From: Camelus ferus
Lineage: Eukaryota
Assembly: GCF_009834535.1 (NCBI RefSeq)
Contig: NC_045696.1
Span: 74,216,001 to 74,280,000, forward strand
Direction: 5' to 3'
DNA: 64,000 bases
Positions within the stretch are counted from its first letter, which is position 1, and the number at the start of each line of letters is the position of its first letter. Shown here piece by piece: positions 26,421 to 39,018 of the stretch. The translations under genes and the position numbers were made by a program. The notes under the pieces are model-generated. The model had not been told where the DNA came from and made no database searches. It was given only the letters and a program-made list of their open reading frames with translations.

Positions 26421-27679
26421 GATTGGGAAGAAAGTTTGGGCTGAGGAGAAGCTATGGAAGCAAAAACATAGGATGCCTCTAATCACTCAGTAATCACCCA
26501 TAGATTATATATCCAGGGTCCCCTCCAGGTTCTGGATCTCTAAGTCTCCTCTTTAGAAAAAGGCAATGATGAGAAGATTGGGAGGATATTAGTGAAATAA
26601 AAACCCACCAAGTCAGGAATACAAAAGGAAAGAAAGTAAAAAATAACTTAGGATGATGTAATTCAGGGATAAGTAAGACACCAGTGCAGGTGACAATAAA
26701 GGCAGTACTTCAGAGAACTGGCAGGAGGGGATGAAAAATCCTTGCAATTAGATAAACCCATATAGGTATGGACTACACAAAGAGAAATATATATAAGGCT
26801 AACCATCATTGTTCAGTAACTTTCTGAAGGTCTTCGTTGAAACCAAGACTAAGGAAAAACATCATTTCAGATCTTTGGAACTCTGCCTCAAAAAGGTATT
26901 ATCTGGAGTGTGTTTGCTTCGTATTGCCAGGAAAGTATTATGGGGTTTGAAATGGCTGCCTGTTCTGACATGTAACTGCTTTGTAGTAATTTGCAGTCAT
27001 ATATATTTTGTGTTTGCCTTATTATATGACTGTCCATTTATGAAGCATAATTAGGACTTAGTAAGCTATAAATAAGGTAGCGTTTACTTTCTGGCAAATT
27101 CTTTAATGTGACTGGTTACCCTTGGCACAAAAACTACAGTTGCATGAGCTTCTTAAATAAAAACTGCATAATGATCTTTCCATCTGTCAAAGTCACATAA
27201 TTAAAGGCATCAGCAGTGCATAGAATTAGCACTTCAGGTTTTGTTCACAGATTTGGACAGCATCCATCATCAGTTTGACAGATGGGATTGTTTTTTCTCT
27301 GCTTCTCCATTTTGCTCTCAGTTCTGTGACTACAAAAGTCCCTATTAAGGGACCCTTGGAAGACTAAGAAACAGGGACCTGAGATAATTGACTGCAGGCA
27401 GGATCCCTTAGCTTGCTTCATTATTTATCGCCGGATGTAAGCTGAGACTGTGTGCTCAGAGGGTATCAATCTGCCCTACTGTCCCTTTGACACAAGGGGA
27501 AAGCTATTATAAGGGCACACGAGGACACCTGGCATTCTCTAAGGTGGAAAGAGGAAGAGGTGACTTATTTGCTTCTTGGTGGCATTTTCTGAGCACCTGC
27601 TATATACTTGGCTTTTGGAGCTAACTACAAGAATTACAGTGTATCATCACTTTCACCTGCATATTCAAGCTCTAGTTGT

Positions 27680-27830
27680 TACATTAAATAATAATAATAA
27701 TAGTAGTCACCAACATTAAGACTGCCATGTCACAGGCACAGTCCTCAAGCGTTTTTTTTTTTTTCATTTCATAGACGAAGAAATAGATACAGAGAGCTAA
27801 AATTTGTCCAAAGTCACATTTTTAGTAACA
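27680..27830 (-). mobile_element. MIR
   Basis: 'catttcatagacgaagaaatagatacagagag...ttgtccaaagtcaca'. Confidence 0.6.
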
Positions 27831-28059
27831 GAATGAAAATTTTACTCTCTACTCAAAATAGTCTACATAAATAGAAAAATATGGCTAAGTAGTTGGTACA
27901 GAGATTTCTTTCTTTCCCATACACAGAAGAATGTCCATAAGGAAAAAAGAATAGAAAATTAATAAATCCATTATTCAACTCAAGGTGGAAATACAGGCAA
28001 TCTTCAAATCAGTAGATGACTGTGCTCTAAAAATGAACTTGTAAATTAGCTGTTTGGCA

Positions 28060-28251
28060 TTGATTCATAAAATGATATGATGTCTGGGATTTGTTTCAAA
28101 ATAGTTGGTGGGGAGTGAGGATAAAATAAGATTGGTCATGAGTTGATAATTGTTGAAGCCAGATGATGGGTACATGAAGGTTTATAATACCATTCTCTCT
28201 ACATCTGTATATGGTTTAAAATTTTCATAATAAAAAATTTTTAAAAATAAA
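28060..28251 (+). mobile_element. Old L1 (L1MC/L1ME-type) 3' end
   Basis: 'gatgtctgggatttgtttcaaaata...gatgggtacatgaaggttt...aattttcataataaaaaa'. Confidence 0.75.
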
Positions 28252-28497
28252 CATGAAAACCTAGCAGCTTCTCTATGAAATGTACAGATACATATATGGA
28301 AATGCATATATGGGACATTCCAAATAAAATTCCCCAGAACCTTTGTTGCATTGGCAAACTGCTGCCTTTATACAATCTGTCTCAAATTTTAAGAACTCAC
28401 TCAGATGGCTATCACACTGCAAAAGTTAGTTTAAGAAGTAAAATAGTTTCTAAGTTCCCTTTCATCTCTAAGAGTCCATGAATATCTGCTAGGTGCC

Positions 28498-29025
28498 TGT
28501 GTCAGTCTGGATTCTCTAGAAAAACAGAACCAATATTTTATTTGTAAAATATTTATATAGTATATAATAATATGTACATATATATGATAGAAAGGAAGGA
28601 AAGGAGGGAGGGAGGAAGGAAGGGAGGGAGGAAGGGAGGGAGGAAGGAACGAAGGAAAGAAGAAGGAAAAAGGAAGAGAGATTTATTGTAAGGAATTAGC
28701 TTACATGGTTATGGAGGCTGAGAAGTCCCAGAATCTGTAGTTAGCAAGCTGGAAACAAAGGGGAGACAATGGTGTAAGTTCCAGCCCAGGTCCATCCAAG
28801 TCTGAAGGCAGAAGACTGATGTCCCAATTCAGTCAGAGAGGAAATTCTCTTACTTCACCTCTTGTTCTCTATTCAGGCCCTCAACAGATTGGATGATGCC
28901 CACCCACACTGGGGAGGGCAATCTGCTTTACTCAGTCTAGCAATTCAGATGTTAATTTCATTCAGGAACAGCCTCACAGACACAGCCAGAATAATATTTT
29001 AACCAAGAATTTGGGCACCCCATGC
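28498..29025 (-). mobile_element. ERVL solo LTR (MLT2 family) with internal (GGAA/GGAG)n expansion
   Basis: 'tgtgtcagtctggattctctagaaaaacagaacc', 'ttatggaggctgagaagtccca', 'ggggagggcaatctgctttactcagtcta'. Confidence 0.85.
28592..28678. repeat. Polypurine (GGAA/GGAG)n tract
   Basis: Directly visible. Confidence 0.9.
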
Positions 29026-29499
29026 TGAAGACATGGAGAACCAGGCAAGCCAGTTACCTAATGAAACTCCTGATCCCTCAGTAAATCCATGATCACAAGG
29101 AATTTAATAGATATGGTGGTACTTAAGTCCATGGACACCAAGTTTAAAATCCCTGAATGGAAAGCTGTCAACTTACCTCACATTGGCTATATCTGAGACA
29201 TTTCTGTGGAAGGAAATTGGTTTTCCTTGTAGTCACAACTACTTCTTCCTTCCTCCCTCCATACCTTCTCCTCCCTGCTTCCCTCCATTCCAAATTATTA
29301 CTCTTCCTTTTTTATATTTCAAAATTTTCCCTTTCCAAATAGGTTGTTTGTGACCAAATGCTATTTAACAGGTATAGTGCTAGGTACTAGGAATACAGAA
29401 GCGAATCATAGACATTGTCTCAGGGAGAATCAGTTTTATAATTTCTGTGCAAAGAAGGCTTAGAAATAAAAACTGGTTGAAAGGAGGGCAGGACATTTG

Positions 29500-29945
29500 T
29501 CTTGAATCTTGTTTTGCTTAACACCTGACACACTACTAATAAAATGCCAATTATCCATATCAAGTCATACCCTTCACTTATACCCTCCTCACAGGAGTAA
29601 CCTTCCTACATACCTGCCCCAGGCCCCAGCTAGTGATTGTCCTTATCAAAGGACAATCGTGGTGCTCTGCTAGTTTCCCTGGTAACCAATGAACCAACCT
29701 GAGGTCAATTTCCCTTATAACTGGTAACCTCCCTCCCACACACACCTGTCCCCTACTTCAGTGAAGACTGCCGCCATGTCCTGCCCCTCCACACGTGGTG
29801 CAATGTTGCTCCAGGACCTTGCTTCCGATACAGGCTCCCTCTAGCTATTAAACCATTTATGTCTCTGTTACTGACTCAAGGCTCTTTCTTCGGTTTTGAA
29901 ACTGGGCAGGTGCAGGCTCTGCAGGCCTGCATGGGACAGCGAACA
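29500..29945 (+). mobile_element. Probable ERV1-type solo LTR (left boundary uncertain)
   Basis: GC-richer block with CCAAT (29686-29690), ATTAAA (29847-29852), a U5-like tail and terminal CA. No TSD identified. Confidence 0.55.
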
Positions 29946-30989
29946 AAGTCTCAGCAAAGATGAGTGATCAGTTCATTCAGAATGAGGTTTTGTCAGGGAG
30001 ATATTGTTGCAGAGGAGAGGAGTAAGGGACTAATTGTGATTTTGCGCTTTGGAATCCAAGCTAAATAACCAGTGAATTAGAGGTAAAAAATTTGTTTAGT
30101 GATACTATATTTTCTAGGCTAATGGACAACCAGAAACACCTGCTTTAGCCATAGACAGTAAGCTCTAAATCAGACCCTGGTGCCGTCTTAAATGTAGAGC
30201 TGAATATATCTTCCCAAAAAGGTTATTCCACTCCAAACTTCTTATTCTGGAGGCTGAAAAACATCTTCATTATCTCCCCAAATAGTATCAAAATTCAAAT
30301 CACTTTGTTGTGTTGGTGAGCATACTGGTGACTCCTAGACCCAGCTTCCTACCTCTACCCTGCTCTTCAGGCCCCATTACCTACTAATTAAAATGGTGTC
30401 CAAAAGAGAGCTAAAGTACTACCTTCAGTTATCACAGATTTGGGACAGAGGAGGTTGGTACTGAGAAACCTTGTTTGTGCTGAATAGGACTAAAGATCTC
30501 CGTGTCAAATGCCAACAGAAATTCACCAAAGTATCTGCTTAAAAATGATGGAATTCATTATTTTCAGAATTTTAATTACTCATTATTTAAAGTTTCTGGC
30601 TTCTCTGCTTCAAAAACACATGCAAAACTTATTTTGCACAAGTATGTCAAGTAATGCTTTCTGACCAAACCAAGCAGGCTTGATTTAATGACTGTAGAGA
30701 TGAGCCTTGTCCCAATTGCATTAATTGGTAAAATATTTATGACCCACAGTATCATAATTATGTGCAAACGTGAGTGGGATGTTGAGTGACCCAGATACCA
30801 CTGAGAATGCCTTGTCTAGGATTAGATTAATTCTTCTCGATCCCATTCTTTGACACTATTGAGAACAACTGAACAGAAACTCTAGAGCGGGAACAAGAAA
30901 GAGAAACTCAGGAGAACTCCCTCAAGCCGGTGTGCCCCAAGTCAGAACTCAGCAGCGCACCTTCAGGCAGAAATAGCAAAAGGTTGTCA

Positions 30990-31180
30990 ATTTGTGGCTT
31001 GCCTACTATGTGTCAAGTCCTTTTCCATCCATCAGCCTATTTATTTTAACAACATTACACGGTAGATGTTTGCTGATTAGAAAACTAAGCTTAGCAAGGA
31101 TAAGTGACTTGCCCAAAGTCATATTCCCAGTAAATGGCAAGCCATGATTCTGACTTAGGTTTGTCTGGTTCTTGAAGCTC
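30990..31180 (-). mobile_element. MIR
   Basis: 'gaaaactaagcttagcaaggataagtgacttgcccaaagtca'. Confidence 0.75.
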
Positions 31181-31689
31181 TGCGCCTGCCCTGTGCTTCT
31201 TTGAGAACAGCCCTTTCCATACTGTCATACCTATGGCAATTTGCATCTCCTTCAAGGCTGTTTGTTGTACTCCTTGTACCTGTTTTCACCTGGATGAAAA
31301 TGTTAGAAGGGGCAGGAGCACATGTTCATATTTGTCCACATAATCCCCATTGTCTCTCTTGAGAAATGGATTGTTGGAGTAGATTATATTCAATTTATTT
31401 ATTTTATTAATGATGGCTTTATCTTTTCCACTGCAAAAGAAAAAAGGTCACAAAGAACTGACAGAATAGCTAATAATCCTGAATATTAATTTATTTGAAT
31501 CTCATTTATATTATTATAACAATAAAATCAAAACATTTGACTCATTATGGTCATCACCTAAACATATTTAAAAATGAGTAAGATAATACGCACTAAAAAC
31601 TGTGGAGTGTTTGTAAGCAAAGTAGTGAACAAAATCCAGTAGTAGCTTTATTAAGAATATCCAACTTCTCCTGGGTCTTACAAGGTCTT

Positions 31690-31831
31690 CCTGCTGAAAG
31701 TGTGGTAGCCTCCTGGGATCTTAAAAGAACTACAGAAGCTCAGGCTCTACCCCAGACCTCCTGATTTAGAACCTGCAGTTTAACAGGATCCCTAGTTTAT
31801 TTGTATGTATATCAAAGTTTGAGAAGTATTG
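31690..31831. mobile_element. MER5A-like hAT MITE
   Basis: 'ctcaggctctaccccagacctcctgatttagaacctgcagtttaacaggatccc...aaagtttgagaagtattg'. Confidence 0.8.
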
Positions 31832-31899
31832 TTCTAACATACTTACTTTTAATAGCCAACACACAAGTGTACGTGGAATCACTCCTGTTGAAGTAGTTT

Positions 31900-32020
31900 T
31901 TGAAACAGTGGAAAGAATAAGTGCTTAGGTGCCAGACAGACTGATGTCAACACTTACTAGTTTTATAACTCTGGGCAAGTTATTTAAACCTCTTCAAGTC
32001 TGAGAGTCTTTATCTATAAA
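31900..32020 (+). mobile_element. MIR fragment
   Basis: 'ccagacagactg...cacttactag...ctgggcaagttatttaaacctct'. Confidence 0.65.
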
Positions 32021-34297
32021 GACAAGAAAAGATCAAAATGGGGCATAGTGGAAGCCAAGAGTAACACAAGGCAAAAAGGTGACAGGAGAAATGGATTTTG
32101 ACATAAGGTCTACTAGAATGAAGAGGTGGAGGGCAGATTTTGAAGAATACTCCTTCACTTTGTTACTAGAAATGTATGCCTGTAAGATTTGGTTGACATT
32201 TAGGAACTAGAAGAGATAAATTTTAACTTTGCTTTTACTGTGCCATTTTGCCTTTAAGCAGTTTAAGTTTTTGATAAACAGTCATATACTATAGGAAAGC
32301 AACAGAAATGTGAAACAGAGGTGACTTAAGGACAGACAATCGATTTAATGGAAAATTTCTTATAAGCAAAACAAAAAATTTCTTATAAAAATACATCTGC
32401 ATAATATATGTCTCACAGTTACTCTTGTGATCAAATGAGTTGAGGTTTCTCCTATACCAAAGTCTATAGTTTTTAAAAATTCTGAATTCTAATGATTAAA
32501 GTTAAATCTTGTTATATTGGAGCTACTGTTCAAATAGTTTCCCAGACAAATGTTTTTATATTCTCTTGCCAAAGTAAGGATGCTGCAAGTGTTTCTTGGA
32601 CAATAATAGTGTCACAGCAAATATCATTAAGGCAGTTTTTTAAAATGAGAAACTAATATCATATTAATAACAAATTGTAAAATACTCTTCCCACTCTATC
32701 TGACATTGTCCTTGCCCCCTTTTTTCATTGGAAGATCTTGCACAACTGCATTACTGAGTTCCATTTACAGATAAACAGATGTCTTCAAAATAACATGAAA
32801 AAGAAAAAGAAAGCCTTACCATTATTTGATGGTTGTTGGGACAAAAATGCAGTGATATGCTGTATTTTTAATGGAGCTTACTTGGACCAGCTTGGATTTT
32901 GGCTTTCAGACTGTTGTTTTTCTGACCAGAGGAGTCCAATAAAATGAAACCTAATATAATTGAGGAAACCCTTGACAATCCTGTGCACAAAAATTTAAAA
33001 ATCAAATGCCATTACACAGTACTGGCATCTATACACATAAAGACAAATCACTAACTTTGTGAGACTTAAGGCATTTTGAGATTTTTAAAAAGCTTCTATT
33101 TTTAACAAATCATCATACTTTGTTTATTCCCTGGAAGAAGCTAGAACAGAAAAAAATGATTCAAACATAATGTTATATCAGAAACTAGAGGAAAGAGAGC
33201 AAGATTTATAGCACATATTTCAAAGAAAGTAAGGAGATTATAAAAATCTAAAACAATGCATAATTCATGACAAATCTTGGCATATTTGAAATGTCCTTGA
33301 ATATTAATTGGATACCCAGATAGAAGATGTTTCTATAAATTCTGTCCCATGATGAACCTATGGAGAACTTTTCATATTTGTATAATAATTCATAAGTGCC
33401 TTTGCAAAGAGAAAGCTACCCATTGGGGATTTTCTAATGTAAAATATGTGACCCTATGGAAAGATTGAATTGAAAAGTTGGGAGTACCTCAGAAGGATGA
33501 CTTATGAATCACAAGTACATTTTTTTATATTTGTGAATATAAATATTCCAAAGGTTGTATCTTAACAATGATTACAAACTGTTGATATAAGGCTTCAAAT
33601 TGTCTTAACAACAGGTGTCATTGTCTATGATTTCATGATATCCACAGCATAGACGCATCAGTCACATCACCCCACAAAAACCTGTGGACCAAAAGTAATC
33701 TCTTTTAGAGGGTTATCCCAGTCTTCACATCTCTGAGTGCTCACTAAATGTTTTGAGATGGAGTTGCACGATAGCCCATTGGCACATCGAGTTTAAACTC
33801 TAGAGGCAAGCAATAGTTAACCAAGCAATTTATGCCAATGACGGACTGCAGCAAGAAGTTTGCATATGGCAAATAAGAATATTTCTTTTCAGAAAGGGCA
33901 GGTATCTGAAAATATGAATTTTGCAATGATCAACCATAAATCTTTTGGGAATCACGTAATATTATAGGACTACTAACATCTAAGTAGCATACGTTGAGAA
34001 ATGGTTTGGATTGAAATGATTGTTTGGCAGAAAACAGAAGAAGATTTAGACAGTTGGGTGGGCTTAAGGTTATATTATGCAAGACAGAGTAATTGCTAAT
34101 AATGTTTAATAGATACTGCTGTTTTCCTCTGTGATAATAAAGAAATCTCTGTTGTGACAGTTAATTGTTCCAGGCATTCATGTAAGTCAAGGTAAATCAA
34201 ATTGCCTTCAAATAAAGTATCTAAGTATGAAGACTGAGATAAAACAGTGATCCCCTACATCATCACAGACATGTTCCACGTTGTTCAGGATCCTGGC

Positions 34298-34716
34298 TGT
34301 ATCAGTTTCCTGGGGCTGCTATAACAAACTACCAAACCGGGTGGCTTAAAACAGCAGAGAAGGATTCTCTCACAGGCAAGAAGTCTGAGATCAAGTTGTC
34401 TGCAGGGCCATGATCTCTCTGAAGGCTCTGGGGCAGGATCCTTAGTTGGCTCTTCTAGCTTCTGGTGGTTGCTGGCATTCATTGACTGTTAATGCCTCAC
34501 TCCAGTTTCTCCATCTATCTTCACATGGTCTTCTCCTCTCTGTTTCTGAATCCAAATCTCCCCCTTCTTATATGGACACAATAGATTAGGGCCCAATCTA
34601 ATCTGATATAACCTTATCTCAACTTGGTTATATCTACAAAGACCTTATTTCCAAATAAAGTCACATTTTGAGGTCCCAGTGTTATCTTTTGGGGCAATAC
34701 AGTTCAACCTAGAACA
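34298..34716 (-). mobile_element. MaLR solo LTR (MLT1B/C-like) with perfect 5-bp TSD
   Basis: TG...CA termini. TSD CTGGC at 34293-34297 and 34717-34721. 'ggctgctataacaaactacca...ggtggcttaaaacagcag'. Confidence 0.92.
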
Positions 34717-34729
34717 CTGGCCTAGTGTT

Positions 34730-34840
34730 AAGTTCATTTACAAATATTTATTTGTATTTATTGAGTGTCTATTATGTCAGGCATTGTTATGAATAAAATA
34801 GACCAAGTGCTTACCCTTAAAAGAGCTTATGGTTTGCATT
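34730..34840 (-). mobile_element. L2 fragment
   Basis: 'tttattgagtgtctattatgtcaggcattgt'. Confidence 0.6.
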
Positions 34841-34939
34841 CAAACCAAATCTGATAGCTATATATACATTATATTTTAAAATTTTATGTAGTTTATAATT
34901 TAACAAAATCTTTTAATCTGTATCTCTGTGATCAGTCTT

Positions 34940-35070
34940 CAGAACATCCTGCCATATACACAATAGTTAGTAGCTACATTTGGCGGGGGCATGGGGAAAC
35001 TGAGGCTTAGAAAGGTTAGTATTTGTTCAAAGCTGCCCATCTGGTAAAAGCAAAGTTGGAACCAGAACTG
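34940..35070 (-). mobile_element. MIR
   Basis: 'ggggaaactgaggcttagaaaggttagtatttgttcaaag'. Confidence 0.65.
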
Positions 35071-35705
35071 AGGTAAAAATGTAACAGTGTATAAAATGCT
35101 GGATTTCATCCACTTGCCATTTATATTTAATGTCAAGGAGGATTACTGCATATAGAGTATCTTACAGTTAATCATATAAGAACTATGATTAAAAAGTGAA
35201 GAACATTAGGTCATAAAGCAAAATTTGTTTCTTTTGACAAACTTTCTAAGTATTCATGATACTCCAGAAAACATTCCATGGTATATTAAAATAATAATAA
35301 TACTACTTTAGGAATGGCAGGAAGCTGTCATAGATTTTCACTGAGGAATAAAGCAAAGCTATATTTTAATGTGAATTCATAGAATCATAGTTACATTGGA
35401 ATTTCAGTGTTAAAAATGTTGAATCTTAATGCTCATGTCATTCAATCCCACATCCCCTCCACAACAGATATCCAGAAAGAAAATCATGGCAATGAAGAGG
35501 AAAAAAAATGTGAGCATAGTATAGTTAATTCCTTAGAATTAATTTAGGTAATGGGTGGTATTTTATATATTCTATTCTAAACTGCAATAAATAACAAAAA
35601 TATGACAAATTCTAATCAACCACCATTATATCTGATGAGGTAGTAGTGGTGGCAGGAGGTGGGGAGATGGCGAGGCAGTGGATGAGCCCAGATTCTATCC
35701 CGCAG

Positions 35706-35732
35706 TTGTGTGTGTGTGTGTGTGTCTGTGTG
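35706..35732. repeat. (TG)n microsatellite
   Basis: Directly visible. Confidence 0.9.
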
Positions 35733-36494
35733 CCTGTTAGACAGTCTTCCAGACTTATTTCTGGCACACTCACTTATGAGAAATGCTTCAGCAGACACAC
35801 AATTCTTAGCCCCCTATGACAAAGATTCTGCCAGTGCTGAAACCAACATCAAGAAACAGAGAAAAAAGCATTCAGGATGAAACCAAGGTGTTAGAGACAT
35901 GGGCTCAAAATCAAATAAGGCAGATGACAAATGCAAGCATATACTACTCCCTCAACAAGGCTCTGCATTGTATAGCAAAAATCATGGCACTTTAGTTTAT
36001 CAATAAGAGGGGTGAGGGAAGAGAATGAATAAGCAGGAGAGGAAACTAGAAAGAAAAGTCTGAGAAGATAAGCTGCTGCTCATAGGCAAACAGAGCACAT
36101 TCTGATTAATTTAAAGAAACAAGAGTTGCATGTTTCAGTAACAGTGAGTCTTCGGGTCATCTGCATACACAAGTGGGGACATTTGTTCTTATTATTCTCC
36201 CGATACTGAAGTATCTCCTTATAAGCAAATTAGCTGCTTTGGGACTATGTATCTTGCAATATGGATTTTTTTTTTCATTCTCCTAAAAACAACCAGAGCA
36301 GTATTTTCTTATGAATAACTCATCATCTGTGGTGGTCTCTGAGATCATTTTTGTCATGCATCAGGGAGCCTGCCACTCTCCAAACTGTAGTTGTGTGTCA
36401 GTAGCTGGACGCTCTCCTTTCTCACTCATGCTAAGGGCTTTAACAAAGATTCCATGCTCCCATTCCTCAAATCTGCAAACCCCTTAGCATGACT

Positions 36495-37018
36495 TCTGTG
36501 TTGTGTTTTCCTGCCCATAATCCATTTCCACTTCTGATAACCACCTCCAGCATGTCCCTTAAATTTTTTGCTGATTTCTCAGTTTCAAGAGAAGACATTC
36601 TAGAGGTGGGAAAATGAGGCACATGTAGCTAAACACAGCCCTCAGATTTCCTGGAACTAGCAATCTTCACAGGGGAGATGTGGTTGAAGTCAGGCTGAAG
36701 AGAGCTGGCCTGACTTTGTTAGAATTGGGGGAATGAAAAACTTTCTTTCTACTCAGGTTCCTAACCCCACAGAACATTAGCTTGGAGGTTGCCAGGCCAT
36801 TTTCATGCCTGAAAATAAGCCCAGCTAGAAAAAAGTAGAGGCAGGATATGAAGAGAGAAATATTTCTGAAGTTAGTGTTTCAGCACCTCGATTCAACTAT
36901 GCCTGAAAAAGACATCTCCCCTGGACTTTTCAATTACTTTGAATAATTGTTTCCCTTCATGCTTAAGCCAGATTAGATACAGTTTTCTATTGCTTTCAGC
37001 CAAAAGATTTCACAATAC
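36495..37018 (+). mobile_element. Ancient MaLR LTR (MLT1K-like)
   Basis: 'cccctggacttttcaattac...gcttaagccagattaga...ttctattgctttcagccaaaaga'. Confidence 0.7.
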
Positions 37019-37354
37019 TCAAGCTCTTAGGACCTAACCCAATTAGACTGAAGTTCCGTAACTCTTTGCTCCAAAACTATATATTCTCTGCCTTTTTCTC
37101 TTTTTCTTCCTCTGCCCCCAGTTCCACTGTGCTCTTCCTGTCAGAATCATACTGATCTGGGAAAAGGAGGTATTATGTTTATGAAAGATAATTTATTATA
37201 AAAATATTTCATGCTTGTCCTAAAAATATCAATCAAAATAATAGTGTATGAACCAAAAAGTACAAGACATCTGTTCCTCTCCCTTCCCACTTTATCCCAC
37301 TTCAAAACCTATGCTGTGAGTACATCCAGGTATTTTAAGTTCAAGTACAAACCT

Positions 37355-37390
37355 CTGTGTGTGTGTATGTGTGTGTGTGTGTGTGTGTGT
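37355..37390. repeat. (TG)n microsatellite
   Basis: Directly visible. Confidence 0.95.
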
Positions 37391-37519
37391 TGGGCAAGAG
37401 ATTTAAGTTTAAAAGCACAAAAACAGCTATTAAACAGAAGAGGTACTCCACATTTACTAGTGTCCTCAAAATAGAAAATTTTTAAAATAGGCACACATTT
37501 CACATAAATAGTATGATCC

Positions 37520-37800
37520 TTCTCTGATTAAGAATCATTGCAAAGCAACCTCTTCCATAAACCACTCTCACCCCATAGTGAGAATGTGAGCCATCATTTC
37601 CTCTTCTCCTGCAGTTCTTTCCTTGTCTATTTATTTAATTCTGCTTTACATGACAGACAGCTGCCAACACATATTTCACTCCTCTGAATGGTAAGCACTT
37701 TGAAGGCAAGCAATGAGTTTGATTCCTCTTTGTATTCTCAGGATTTAATGGAGTGGTTAATTTATGTATTTAAGTGAACTAATGAATGTGTGAATAATAA
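37520..37800 (+). mobile_element. L2 3' fragment
   Basis: 'gtaagcactttgaaggcaag...ctttgtattctc...aagtgaactaatgaatg'. Confidence 0.55.
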
Positions 37801-38444
37801 AGAAGTGATAAGAGGTCTCATTGATAAGTATTCTCTAAAGTTGAATTAAAAAGTGACCATTCAAACACTCTCCTGTATTTTAATTTAAGCTCATTCTCTC
37901 TGAGTTCCGCATATATTAGCAGAGACCTGGCAATTGAGCAGACCTTTAGTTCTAATTCTTTTGGGAGAGCAAACACTCATCTGAGTTCATCCTGTTTTTA
38001 ATCACTCTAGAACGATGACAGAGAGGAAATAAAAAACCAAGTAAGATGCAATTAATGATATTCCCTGGGATTCCAAGTTGGACTTCAGTTAGTTAACTAG
38101 ATCTTTTAGCCTGGACCCTGCATGGCTTTCTAACCTTGATCCTGTGCCCCAGCTAGTAAAGAGCTCTTGGTTTGTTCTGTGACTGAATCTCTATCTTGTT
38201 ATTTATACCTCATTTTTCCCCTTCATTTTCTCTTAAGTCCTCTAAAATTTGGAATTGGAGCCAAAGTTTCAGAATGATGGATGGGGACATTTTAGGGGCC
38301 ACAGATTTTTACCTGCTTGCTCCAATTTCCGATTCCTGGATTCCCATCACCCTGGCTCCATCGGTTTTTGTTTAATCTCCTTCATACTTACTGCCCTATT
38401 ACACTAGCAACTACTCTTATTTGTCTTCCACCTTATAAAGAAGG

Positions 38445-38600
38445 CAATAGAGCCTAATGGGTAAATAGTCAATGTTAGAAAGAAGCCTACATCCAAATCC
38501 CAGTTCTGCCACACAACAGCTGTGTGATCTTGGGCGAGTTACTTAACTTCACTGTACCTGCATTTCTTGTAAAATGAGATTTATAATTAATGCAACTTAT
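38445..38600 (+). mobile_element. MIR
   Basis: 'caaatcccagttctgccac...agctgtgtgatcttgggcgagttacttaacttc'. Confidence 0.8.
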
Positions 38601-38666
38601 ATGTACCTTATAGATAGTATAAGGTGTATTGTTAGTGCCCCCTTTCATCTACATTTGTTTGTTCCT

Positions 38667-39015
38667 TGTGCCAGTTACTTGCTTTTTAGCTCTCAGTTCC
38701 GTCTCTTCCTTTTCATGTTCTTCCAAATATGATAGTTAGCCAGAAGTCCACAAGCTTTCTGGACTCTCTTGCCAACCTTCTTTTGGTTACCTTATGCAAA
38801 AGGAGGCTCTGCTGGCTCTTTGAAGGGCTGGGAAGTTGGGAGGAAGAGAAAAGCTATTATTTTCTGCTTCTAGTGGTACATTCATCTGCAGCAGCTGTCA
38901 ACTCTGGGATGCAGGAGAATCTCTGGCAGTTTTAGTAATATTCTGCAGGACTACAAGCTCAGCAGATGTTGCTTGGTCCCAGCAACCAATGGAGCAGGGG
39001 CCATGCCCCCAGAGT
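38667..39015 (+). mobile_element. ERVL LTR fragment (LTR33-like)
   Basis: Start 'tgtgccagttacttgctttttagctctc' and 'ctcttgccaaccttcttttggtta...gggaggaagagaa' resemble LTR33. Confidence 0.5.
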
Positions 39016-39018
39016 ATC

